In this document: piece by piece, positions 8,517-17,143 of the stretch
How the letters are laid out: every line of letters begins with the position of its first letter
Position numbering within the stretch: position 1 is the first letter of the stretch
IMG/VR virus record: IMGVR_UViG_3300048599_000888
Location: 1-37,934 of that record
Strand: one strand, 5' to 3'
DNA: 37,934 bases
Source of the DNA: a virus
Lineage: Duplodnaviria; Caudoviricetes
Notes under the pieces: model-generated
Seen by the model: the letters and a program-made list of their open reading frames with translations, nothing else
Database searches by the model: none
What the model was told of the DNA's origin: nothing
Position numbers and translations under genes: made by a program

Positions 8517-8981
8517 TTAAACAGTGACAGAGACTTTCGCCGGCTCGTTGATCGAGTCGGCCCAGGGGGCGAGTTCGAGTTCGATCGTTGACCCTTCATC
8601 AAACGTGCCGGAAAGCGGACAGCCAACGACGGTGTAGTCCGCATGCCAATAGTTCGTTCCGATCGTGGCGATTACCCCATCGGCAACAGCGATATGCAGG
8701 TCCGTCTTGGCAGCGATAGCCGCTTCGATGGCCTCGACAAGAGCGTCATCCTCCTTGTAGTTCACGCTCAGCGTGAGCCGCTGGTCAAACCGACCTTGCT
8801 TGTATTTCGTGTGACTCGAACCGCGTTTTTTGATCTCCGCAGATTTCGGCGCCCGGTCGAGACCGATATCGCCAACATTCTTTTGCTCCACCCAGGTTGG
8901 CGTAGCCCAGACAGTCGCTCCGTGGTTAGCGGACGTGTCGAGATAGATTCTGAATTCTTCACCCAGCAGCGTAAGTGCCAT
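8517..8981 (-). CDS. Major tail tube protein
   Basis: 154 aa, Thr-rich, TPTWVEQKNVGDIGL pattern; position after the terminator gene and before the chaperones. Confidence 0.75.
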   Translation of the reverse strand: MALTLLGEEFRIYLDTSANHGATVWATPTWVEQKNVGDIGLDRAPKSAEIKKRGSSHTKYKQGRFDQRLTLSVNYKEDDALVEAIEAAIAAKTDLHIAVADGVIATIGTNYWHADYTVVGCPLSGTFDEGSTIELELAPWADSINEPAKVSVTV

Positions 8982-8982
8982 A

Positions 8983-9588
8983 TTACAAATCCCCTTCGGC
9001 TATGAACTGTAAAAACTTTTCTTCAATGAGTGGTAACTTCGGTGTGAGATAAGGTCGTGGCTCGATCTTGACCGTAATCTGGCGACCTGTCGGCAGTCGG
9101 GCTTTCGTTGTCCCGCCGAACTCCAATACCTCCGGGACATTGGACCCTTTGAAAACCAATGGTCCGATCTCACACTGCGTTCCGTGCTTATCAACGTCAA
9201 AAACGATGCGGTCTCGTAGTTGTCCGCCGTGTCGAAACGGTGGATCGCCGGGCTTACTGGATTGACGCTTCCGCCGAATTCGTTTGGCGGCTAGCAAGGC
9301 TTTCTTCGCGACTTCAGGTGAAACAAATTGACCACCGGATGATTTCCCGCGGCCTTTGTCGTCCGTGGCACGAGGCACCCCCCTGTTGTCTATGAACACT
9401 TCGCGGCCATACTCGTCCCGCACGCCAACTGCGATAACACGATCTTTCGGAGGTCGTCGGCTCAATAAATTTCTCACCGTCTTCATCGCGTAGGCTCCGG
9501 ACCGCCGCAACGCTTTGACCTTTGCCGCCTTTTCGTACTCGACGTATTTCGGGTCGATGCGAAACTTTCCGATCTGCCAACCGATCAT
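8983..9588 (-). CDS. Neck/tail completion protein (HK97 gp10-like)
   Basis: Basic protein with SKPGDPP...GQLRDRI, VLEFGG and IEPRPYLTP motifs. Confidence 0.75.
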   Translation of the reverse strand: MIGWQIGKFRIDPKYVEYEKAAKVKALRRSGAYAMKTVRNLLSRRPPKDRVIAVGVRDEYGREVFIDNRGVPRATDDKGRGKSSGGQFVSPEVAKKALLAAKRIRRKRQSSKPGDPPFRHGGQLRDRIVFDVDKHGTQCEIGPLVFKGSNVPEVLEFGGTTKARLPTGRQITVKIEPRPYLTPKLPLIEEKFLQFIAEGDL

Positions 9589-10007
9589 ATGATCCCCGAG
9601 TAGGTCAGCCGAAATGACGAAAGAAAAACGCCCATCTTCAACGCTTCTACATTAAACTTGTCGGTCGTCTCCGTCTTGGTCCAAATCCAGTTATTCATGC
9701 GCTCAAACCTCAGTACGCTGCGGATGCTGTATACGAAGTCCGACAGCCTCCGCCGGTCCCCCGGGTTGGCGGTTGTGCCGACGACGACAACATCAACTTC
9801 CGGACGCAGCAGCACTTGCGATCTGGTTTCTTTCTCTTCGGTCTCGCCCGCGGGACCAATCAAGACCCGGAGCGTTGTATCTTCGGCGAACAAATTCGTC
9901 CAAAGGTTCTCGGGAACAGACACCGCCGCGGCCATCACAAAGGCCCTTGCCGGATCGGCTAGGTACTCCGCGACGGCTGCCGCAATGTCTTCCGCCGGGT
10001 CACTCAC
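9585..10007 (-). CDS. Putative tail terminator protein
   Basis: Size (140 aa), position in the neck module, C-terminal beta strand FLSSFRLTY. Confidence 0.6.
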   Translation of the reverse strand: MSDPAEDIAAAVAEYLADPARAFVMAAAVSVPENLWTNLFAEDTTLRVLIGPAGETEEKETRSQVLLRPEVDVVVVGTTANPGDRRRLSDFVYSIRSVLRFERMNNWIWTKTETTDKFNVEALKMGVFLSSFRLTYSGII

Positions 10008-10374
10008 TCAGGGACTCCCCGGTTTCCACCGTATAGACCCTGTAGAGAATGCCCAGATTGTCCATCGACCGAAAGCAGCGGCCATTCTCCAACGCGCATA
10101 CGCGATAGACTTTGCCGTCGGCCTCGATCCGGTCGTTCTCCGCGGGTTCGATCTTTTCCCCGCCTACGATCAACTGGTCCATCCCGACGCCAAAGTCTCG
10201 ACGCTTTGCGGAGAATTGGAAATCCTCCACGGGTTCGCTGAAGGTTTCCGCCTTTAAGGCAATAGCCCCCAGGACCGCGGAGTCGTTCCCGCGAAAGTAA
10301 ACGATCTCCACGCCAGCGTTTTCACACAACTGGCGGTGGAGACGTTTAACAGCTCTGGCGATCAAGTCAGCCAT
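10000..10374 (-). CDS. Putative head-tail joining/head closure protein
   Basis: Follows the capsid gene; EPAENDRIEADGKVYRV beta-barrel pattern. Confidence 0.7.
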   Translation of the reverse strand: MADLIARAVKRLHRQLCENAGVEIVYFRGNDSAVLGAIALKAETFSEPVEDFQFSAKRRDFGVGMDQLIVGGEKIEPAENDRIEADGKVYRVCALENGRCFRSMDNLGILYRVYTVETGESLSE

Positions 10375-11327
10375 TAGGCGATCAACTCTTCCGTATTAGT
10401 GATCGCATCGGAAACCAAGATAGGTACGCCGAAGGCCGACTCGGGGAACGGAGCAGGGGCACCGGTCGGGTTCGTCGCCGTCCGGCTGTCTTGCAACATC
10501 CGTTGCGCCTTACGGTTCATCAGCAGGTGCGTCGGCTTACGCCCGATGGGGAACCGCTCCAATAACTGAGCGATCATGTCATCAGTCAAACCAGTCGTCG
10601 ACGTGACATTGGCGATGCGTCCGATGTCATAAGCCGAGCCAACTTGCAGACCTAGCCACAGACACGCCGGCGTATAGTAGGCAGGAAACTTCAAAGCACC
10701 AGAAGAAATCTCCGGAACAACGACGGTTTCCATGAGGTCGAAGGCACCGTCTCCCTTATAGACGCCGCATACCCCGTCTTGGCTGATATTAACAGCCCAT
10801 ACGCTCGTATTTGCGTCGGCCGTTCCCGTACCCGCGGTAACGACCATGGCATCCGCCAAGGCGTTCACCGTGCCTGCGTCGCGAAAACCCTGAAAACCAC
10901 CTGATGCTCCGGTCGCACCGGCTGAATCCGAGGCTCCAATAACGCCGTTGATGACTTGCTTCTCGAACGCCATCAACGCAGATCGCAAGTGGCGTTTGCC
11001 TTCGCGGGCAACGTAGTCCTCCGCGCCTTTTCGCCAAGCATTCGCTACCGCGACGTCGACGCCCCAAGAGAAATCGAGAATCTTGAGGTCAACCGTAACG
11101 AGCGTATCGTCGCTCGAATCCAATTCCCGGCCGACGTTTTCAGCGCGAAACCCCACAACAGGGGCACCAGTCTCTTTAACGTACTTATGGGTCACCCCGT
11201 TGGAGCTAGGCTCCATAAGCAGTGCATCAACAAACGGCGAAGCCCTCAGCAAATCACTGACTTCGATATTGGCGAGATCGAAGGCATCTCCGATCAAGTC
11301 CGCCACTGCATGATAATCTTGTGCCAT
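10374..11327 (-). CDS. Major capsid protein
   Basis: 317 aa after the protease/scaffold; GFRAENVG near the N-terminus; PTHLLMNR and FGVPILVSDAITNTE at the C-terminus (HK97-fold style). Confidence 0.85.
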   Translation of the reverse strand: MAQDYHAVADLIGDAFDLANIEVSDLLRASPFVDALLMEPSSNGVTHKYVKETGAPVVGFRAENVGRELDSSDDTLVTVDLKILDFSWGVDVAVANAWRKGAEDYVAREGKRHLRSALMAFEKQVINGVIGASDSAGATGASGGFQGFRDAGTVNALADAMVVTAGTGTADANTSVWAVNISQDGVCGVYKGDGAFDLMETVVVPEISSGALKFPAYYTPACLWLGLQVGSAYDIGRIANVTSTTGLTDDMIAQLLERFPIGRKPTHLLMNRKAQRMLQDSRTATNPTGAPAPFPESAFGVPILVSDAITNTEELIA

Positions 11328-11359
11328 GTCTTACTTTTCCTTGTGAAAATTGTTTTGGG

Positions 11360-12364
11360 TTACTTACCGACTGCAGTCGAAGACTGCATCCGGTTGATGC
11401 GAATCTTGCCCGCGAATCCCTTACGTTCGGCCTTCTCCGGCGTCAGTTGTATTGGCGATGCTTCCCCTTCGGACGGCAGAGCGAGCTTCTTATTGGCTTC
11501 CGCCAATGCCTCCGACAGCCGTTTATTCTCGTCGGCTAGTTCGGCGAACTGCTTGTCGCGGGCTTCGTCGAACGACAATCCGTCGGCAAACCATTCGAGG
11601 CCCTTGTCGCCAAATGCCTTGCGGTAGCGTTTCATCTCGTTTTGCACCGCCGAGAAGTCAACCGACGGCTTGTCGATTTCCACTTCAACTTTCACGCTGT
11701 CCGCCCCCATTTCAGTAGGCTTCGATTCGGGTTGAGCTTCTGCCTTCAACTCCGTAGGCTTTACTTCGGTGTTAGGCATATCGCCCCCCTTAGTTGTTAC
11801 TGTGATCTTCAAAGAATATGATTCGGACGTACTAAACTGGCTCTCGGTATTCATATCCGCCCCGTAAGGGCAAACCGCTACACCGCGTAACGGCCATTCT
11901 CGCACGACAATCCCCGGCCCCTCGAACTGGTAGCCGTTGACCTCGGTCACAAAGCCCTCGGGCACTTGCTCCAAAACGGAGCCATCGCCGCCCCAGTTGA
12001 TCGAGGCTTCGTAGGGGACACCGCCCCTACTACGAGCGATCAGCTTGCGAGCCGGGTCTCCAGATTCGCTCGTTGGAACCAGAGCCCCTTCGACAAATAG
12101 CCCCTCATCTCCGGGCTCGAACGTATCGAGGAAGCCAATTTCCTCCCCATGGATGTAGTCCACGGGGATAATATTCTTATGCACCTTCACGCCGGACATG
12201 TCGTGAACGATTCGCCCCCAGAACCAATGCTCGATAGGATGTGCCGAGCGAGCCAGCATGCGGATCGGATAGCTTTCCTTTTCCGCATCCTTCGCAGCGA
12301 ACTCGACAACGCCGCCGGGAAGGGTAAACGCCTTAGCTGGGACTTTGCTGAAATCTTTGGTCAT
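11360..12364 (-). CDS. Prohead protease fused to scaffold domain
   Basis: IPVDYIH (His), YEASIN (Ser) and WPLRGVAVCPYGAD follow the caudovirus prohead protease layout; acidic coiled-coil C-terminal half. Confidence 0.8.
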   Translation of the reverse strand: MTKDFSKVPAKAFTLPGGVVEFAAKDAEKESYPIRMLARSAHPIEHWFWGRIVHDMSGVKVHKNIIPVDYIHGEEIGFLDTFEPGDEGLFVEGALVPTSESGDPARKLIARSRGGVPYEASINWGGDGSVLEQVPEGFVTEVNGYQFEGPGIVVREWPLRGVAVCPYGADMNTESQFSTSESYSLKITVTTKGGDMPNTEVKPTELKAEAQPESKPTEMGADSVKVEVEIDKPSVDFSAVQNEMKRYRKAFGDKGLEWFADGLSFDEARDKQFAELADENKRLSEALAEANKKLALPSEGEASPIQLTPEKAERKGFAGKIRINRMQSSTAVGK

Positions 12365-13824
12365 ACGTCTGCCGTCTCCGTTTGCGTGGCGACTTCCGGA
12401 GCGAACGCAGAACTATCCGCGAATTTCAAATCGACGCCGAGCGTTTCGGCGTACTTGATCGCTTCGCTGGTTTCCTTCACGTTCTGATAGAAATCCGACC
12501 CGATGGCTTGGCACTCTTGCTGCGGGCTGCTAGCTCCCATGGCGATCGACATGGCTGCCCCCCTAGCTTCCTTGACGGAATCCCACCAAGGCACGCCGTC
12601 GGGAATCCATTGCCACTGGAGAAAATCGAAGTCTTTCCCTCGGGGCAGTTTGAGCTCGCCGTCGGCAACGGCAATTCCGAATCGCCACTTGGTCCACTGG
12701 TCGAGGCACTCCGAGAGGTCTGCCCGACGGGCCTTGACGCTCTTGAGGTACTGAATCAGACCCCCGCGGGAGCCATAAAAATTCGTGAACGACTCATCGA
12801 AAAATGAGTAAGGGATATCCAGCGACTTCAACGCGATATGGATAATCAGCTTGAGGAAGTTAGTTACCTCGGTCGCAGGGGTCTTCGACTCGATCACCCC
12901 GACGCGATCCCCCGGGTCCATGTCGACCACGAAAGGCCCGCCACTGGCAAGATTCACTTCGTAGCCGCTGTCCGCAACGCCGTCGCCGTCATCATCCCGC
13001 AACGCTGTTGAGGGGCCGAACGCACTACCCGAGCCGTCGGCTTCGCGATAGAACTCCAAGCCGAATAACTGACTTACCTTGAGCTTGGCTTGCGTATACT
13101 CGAAGCCTTCGTAGATATCGCGGAAGCGGTTCAAAGCCGCGGCTACTGGCGAGACCCCGCGGACCTGGTCCCATCGGTCCGTGAAGTCCCAATAAATGCA
13201 GTTCTTCGACGGAACGGTTCTCGCCAGTTTTTTTCGGCCGCGATTGTCGTAATCACAGATTGCGTAGGCTAAATGAGCCCCCGCCGATCCCGTGTAAACT
13301 CCGTTCACCCAGGCCTGATCGTCAGTCGCTTCGCCCCGAGGCATGTCGATGCGATAGGCCTCGATTCCCTGGATGCGTCCGCGGTCAACGCCGCCGGCCA
13401 TTTTGATCCAGAGCGAATCGCCGTCTTTCGTATTGCAGGCTTCCGTGATGCGAAGCCCGCGGCGGAGCGAATGCCGCATCGAAACGTCGAAACGCTCCCG
13501 TTTTGAGAGGGCGTCCATAGCTTTCTTCAATTCAGCGTTATACCCTTCGTCGGGGGTCTTTGGCTGGAAGCTGAACGACGCGACATAATCGAGGTGCTTG
13601 CGAATAGCCCATGCGGCTAATTCAAAATTGCGGGCAAGATCTTGAGTTGTGGCGGAGAGAATCCGCCGCTGATTCGGCGTAAGATGCAGATCCTCGGATT
13701 TGACCCGGGACATCGGCGGACGCCGACGGCCGCGATTCTCTACCGCATCATACTCGAACGACTTCACAGGCACGGCTTCCGCCGCCATAGCCGTTGATAC
13801 GTCGATTGAAAAACTACTTACCAA
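12361..13824 (-). CDS. Portal protein, lambda family
   Basis: QDLARN, DRWDQVRGVSP, TNFYGSRGGL and W-x-PDGVPWWDSVKEA motifs. Confidence 0.92.
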   Translation of the reverse strand: MVSSFSIDVSTAMAAEAVPVKSFEYDAVENRGRRRPPMSRVKSEDLHLTPNQRRILSATTQDLARNFELAAWAIRKHLDYVASFSFQPKTPDEGYNAELKKAMDALSKRERFDVSMRHSLRRGLRITEACNTKDGDSLWIKMAGGVDRGRIQGIEAYRIDMPRGEATDDQAWVNGVYTGSAGAHLAYAICDYDNRGRKKLARTVPSKNCIYWDFTDRWDQVRGVSPVAAALNRFRDIYEGFEYTQAKLKVSQLFGLEFYREADGSGSAFGPSTALRDDDGDGVADSGYEVNLASGGPFVVDMDPGDRVGVIESKTPATEVTNFLKLIIHIALKSLDIPYSFFDESFTNFYGSRGGLIQYLKSVKARRADLSECLDQWTKWRFGIAVADGELKLPRGKDFDFLQWQWIPDGVPWWDSVKEARGAAMSIAMGASSPQQECQAIGSDFYQNVKETSEAIKYAETLGVDLKFADSSAFAPEVATQTETADV

Positions 13825-14027
13825 GCCCCGTCCAATCTCAGTTTGGCAACCCTCGGTCTCACTTTGCCCGTGGCGATAGATTCGGTGTCCTGCCCCCGCA
13901 GCTCGGCAAGCCGCTTGCGGGCTTCTGACAAACTGATCTTTACGCTCGTGCCATCGACCGAAATGGATTCGGTCGCACCGTTCAGCACGTCTTCAAGTTC
14001 ACGAATTTGGTTTGTATAGTCAGCCAT
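13818..14027 (-). CDS. gpW-like head completion protein
   Basis: 69 aa between terminase and portal; helix, beta-hairpin (ESISVDGTSVK), helix (LSEARKRLAEL). Confidence 0.75.
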   Translation of the reverse strand: MADYTNQIRELEDVLNGATESISVDGTSVKISLSEARKRLAELRGQDTESIATGKVRPRVAKLRLDGAW

Positions 14028-14087
14028 ATCCCCGTAGCATAAGCGACGTTTTTGCCCCGTCCGCTTAGGAAAATAAGATTCTTATTT
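14027..14087 (-). promoter_or_regulatory. Putative late promoter, copy 1 (head-tail operon)
   Basis: Dyad AAATAAGA-T-TCTTATTT (14071-14087) plus 22-nt box (minus strand CGTCGCTTATGCTACGGGGATA, 14027-14048) containing -10-like TATGCT. Both elements recur with identical spacing at 25675-25734. Confidence 0.75.
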
Positions 14088-14091
14088 ATGA

Positions 14092-16134
14092 CTATGTAAT
14101 TCGGATATTTCTTCTCCTGCGAGGGGCCGGCTTAGGGGAGTACCTGGATACTCCGCACAAAGAGGCAGCAACGCGGGAGCCGACAGCGCAGTCGAAGAAG
14201 TGATTATCTTGCCCCGGTTTCAGATCCCACTCATAGACCGACCGGCCGTCGTATTCGACCTTTTTGGGGATCTCCGCTGCCGCATGATCCGCGAACATGC
14301 GATGCGTTGCGGCAGCCGCGGTGAACAGCGTAATCGAACCGGCGTTGCCGTGCGGCAGCCCGAGGGAATCGTGGAATGCTTTCTTGTGATAATTCGTGTC
14401 GTAGACCAAACCGACAAGCTGATTGCCTTTCGTTTCCGTCGGCACCCACTCGGGGCCCACCCGCTTGCCCCTACTTTGCAGCCACTGGCTAATCGGCTTA
14501 TGCGTCGCCTTGATACCGCGGCCGTAGCTCGGGGTCAGTACCGCCGCATGAGGTGACTGCCGGCAGCAGTTATTGACCGTGGTAGAAGTTTGACCCCAGT
14601 TCGCGTCAACTAGACAGCGGCGAATCTTCATCAACGCCCCATCATCGCGCCGCCACTCGCGTCCACAGACGTGGGCAATGCAGTCTGTCAGGCCGCGAAA
14701 AATTGCTCCTTCGTCATCACTCCCTCGATAACGTCGCTTGAGTGTTTTTCTCGCATCCCGAAGCGTGTAATACGTTCTGCCCTGATCCGGCCAACTACCG
14801 TAGTCTAGGATGTACCCCGTATAGTCTGGTTGCCATGCTGCGACCAGCCAATACAAGAGCGACCCTTGTACGTCGATCATGGCCGTCAACACGTCACAAG
14901 TTTTCGGAAATTCTCCCCTCTTATACCCGTTCGTCCGCCGAGCTATTTCCGCGGCCGTCAAAATTTCCAAGTCGGCCTGAGCGGCAATCGGAGCATTTTG
15001 GCACTCAGCCATGAATGCTTCGAGGCCTGTGTCGATCAGGATGTTGTAGGCGTGCTGAACTGCGGAGACTTCGTTGTCTGGCTCGTAGCAGGATAGCCAA
15101 GTAGGCTCGCAGGCAGCATCCATCGCTGCCCTGTTATCAAGGTAATAGTTCGTCGCGTCTCTTCTAGCTCGCTCTTGGTCGCCAGTAACGTCCGGGTTAT
15201 AGGTATTCCTGATTTCAGCATATTTCCCCAACCAAAGGTCTTCGTGATGTTTAGCGAACGCCTTGAGCATTGGCACCTTCATCGTTTGCCACGCGGGGTA
15301 TTTCTCGATATCACTGAGCCGGTCAATCATATCATCCGGCTCGATAATCGTCGCGTTACAAACGGCCGATAGTTTTTCTCTGTGCCCGCCGAGTCGGAGA
15401 ATTGCTTTGTTCAGCACTCTCAAATTCTTGTCGACTTGATCAGGGCTTCTCGCCGCCTCATCCGTTTGCGGATCATCCAGTAAAATAAAATCCGGACGGA
15501 CCTGCGATCCGTCAGTCGTTTTGTGGCGGATACCGCGGAGGTTCGACGTGACGCCTTTTGGCTTAATCACCGCTCCGCTTGCCGGCGAACCTTCGATTGT
15601 CGGCAAGACGATATGCGTTGCGGTCCATTCGATATGGGTCCGTTCGCCGTTGTGCGTTTGGCTGTTGCACCGTTGGGGCTTGCCTTCTAAGCATCGGATC
15701 GCGTGACAGACCTCGGGGAAATCGTCCATCAGGAGATCGTTGGTTTCCAGCTCGGTCTTAATTGATTCGAGACAGATCGCTGCCGCCGTTCTATCGGCTC
15801 CGATAGGGACGGGGAACTTAATATGTCCGTACAACGTCCCCCACATTGTCGCGATCTCGGCTATCGTGGATTTTGCGAACCCGCGGAAGACAATTTGCAA
15901 AAACCAACCGCCAATAAGCATCGCATTTTGGATTGTGTCCAGCGCCCGATAATGATCGGGCGAGAACGGCGAGAGCCCAGCGGATAGCGGAAAATAGGAC
16001 TGAGCGAATAGCCCTAGATCGTATTTGCAGAGGGCCTTGCGATTTGGATGAACAACCTCCGGAATCGCCCCGATCTCCGCGACTTCATTTTGCTTTCGCC
16101 GTTCATATCGCTGTTGTTTTGTGCCGGGTAACAA
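14092..16134 (-). CDS. terL: Terminase large subunit (GpA-type nuclease domain)
   Basis: Walker A variant VFRGFAKST, Walker B RPDFILLDDPQT, nuclease LTAMIDVQ...LVDANWG...DNHFFDC. Start placed at TTG 16134, 1 nt after the upstream stop (ORF track extends to 16176). Confidence 0.9.
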   Translation of the reverse strand: MLPGTKQQRYERRKQNEVAEIGAIPEVVHPNRKALCKYDLGLFAQSYFPLSAGLSPFSPDHYRALDTIQNAMLIGGWFLQIVFRGFAKSTIAEIATMWGTLYGHIKFPVPIGADRTAAAICLESIKTELETNDLLMDDFPEVCHAIRCLEGKPQRCNSQTHNGERTHIEWTATHIVLPTIEGSPASGAVIKPKGVTSNLRGIRHKTTDGSQVRPDFILLDDPQTDEAARSPDQVDKNLRVLNKAILRLGGHREKLSAVCNATIIEPDDMIDRLSDIEKYPAWQTMKVPMLKAFAKHHEDLWLGKYAEIRNTYNPDVTGDQERARRDATNYYLDNRAAMDAACEPTWLSCYEPDNEVSAVQHAYNILIDTGLEAFMAECQNAPIAAQADLEILTAAEIARRTNGYKRGEFPKTCDVLTAMIDVQGSLLYWLVAAWQPDYTGYILDYGSWPDQGRTYYTLRDARKTLKRRYRGSDDEGAIFRGLTDCIAHVCGREWRRDDGALMKIRRCLVDANWGQTSTTVNNCCRQSPHAAVLTPSYGRGIKATHKPISQWLQSRGKRVGPEWVPTETKGNQLVGLVYDTNYHKKAFHDSLGLPHGNAGSITLFTAAAATHRMFADHAAAEIPKKVEYDGRSVYEWDLKPGQDNHFFDCAVGSRVAASLCGVSRYSPKPAPRRRRNIRIT

Positions 16135-16135
16135 A

Positions 16136-17140
16136 TCAGGGACGCACCACGAAAACAATATCCGCCGATATTTCACCGCCGCCCGATTCAGGTGATTTTT
16201 CGACGGTCACTCGGATTTCATACGTTCCGGCGGTAACCGCATTCGCCTTGAATTTGGCCAGAGATTTGTCGACCCCAAACGAATCGCTATCGACCACGAG
16301 GCCTTCGGCATCGCCGCTAATGACTTCCGCAGCAACCAGATCCCCAAGCCGTCCGTTCGTCGCTAACGCTCGATGGAAGTCAACGGCGTAGATATCCTCG
16401 TCGTCTACAGTTACATGCTTTCGGTCCGCGGCCCAACCCGATGCCCCCCGCACGAGATCAAAAGTCTGCTCTCGCGGAACGGCAATCTGCGATATAGGGG
16501 GCGTATACCCCCCGCCACCTCCGCCCTCAACATCGTCGATCATCTTCGCCAGAGTGTTGCCGCTCGGGGAGGCCGGATTACCGATTTTGGTCTGGATGTC
16601 AGTAACACTCGCTTGACTCGCTAGTCCGCTCACGTCGGCCTTGAATGTGTCGGCGTTGCTGGTATGAGCCAGCGTGCCCGCGACGTTGAGCTTGTCGAGG
16701 TAGCCGGCCCGTAAACTACTGAGCCGGCTTGTGAGCGTGTTGCCATGAGTCGCAGCCAGTTGAGCGTTTTCATTGGCCGCGTTCGCGAGCGCGCTGACGC
16801 CGATGATGGCTGAGGAGAGTGTGCTTGACCGGACATCCACCACAAAACCGATCTTGTAGCGGCCCGTGACGCCGTTGACGGCTGCGGTAATCACAAGTGT
16901 GTAGTCCTTGCCTGCGTCAAAACCATTCGCGGCTGTCGGTGTGAATGTCGCTTCGTAAACACCCGTGAGACTCGCCAGTTTCGAGAGCGTGCCGTTCTGG
17001 CCGCTCATCGCTGAGCCATCTTCGTACACCTGCCAGGTGGGCGTGCTGTCCGCGTCGGTCGGCTCCGAAGTCGTCACGTCAACGAGCGTGGGTGGTCCGA
17101 AACGGTACGGTGCGTCTAAAACTGCAATCGGGTTGTTCAT
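16136..17140 (-). CDS. Putative virion structural protein (Ig-like N- and C-terminal domains, helical stalk)
   Basis: Beta-sandwich-like N-terminus (DADSTPTWQVYED...TGVYEATF...GKDYTLVI), Ala-rich middle with SRLSSLRAGYLDKL, Gly linker, beta-rich C-terminus. Confidence 0.55.
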   Translation of the reverse strand: MNNPIAVLDAPYRFGPPTLVDVTTSEPTDADSTPTWQVYEDGSAMSGQNGTLSKLASLTGVYEATFTPTAANGFDAGKDYTLVITAAVNGVTGRYKIGFVVDVRSSTLSSAIIGVSALANAANENAQLAATHGNTLTSRLSSLRAGYLDKLNVAGTLAHTSNADTFKADVSGLASQASVTDIQTKIGNPASPSGNTLAKMIDDVEGGGGGGYTPPISQIAVPREQTFDLVRGASGWAADRKHVTVDDEDIYAVDFHRALATNGRLGDLVAAEVISGDAEGLVVDSDSFGVDKSLAKFKANAVTAGTYEIRVTVEKSPESGGGEISADIVFVVRP

Positions 17141-17143
17141 TGT

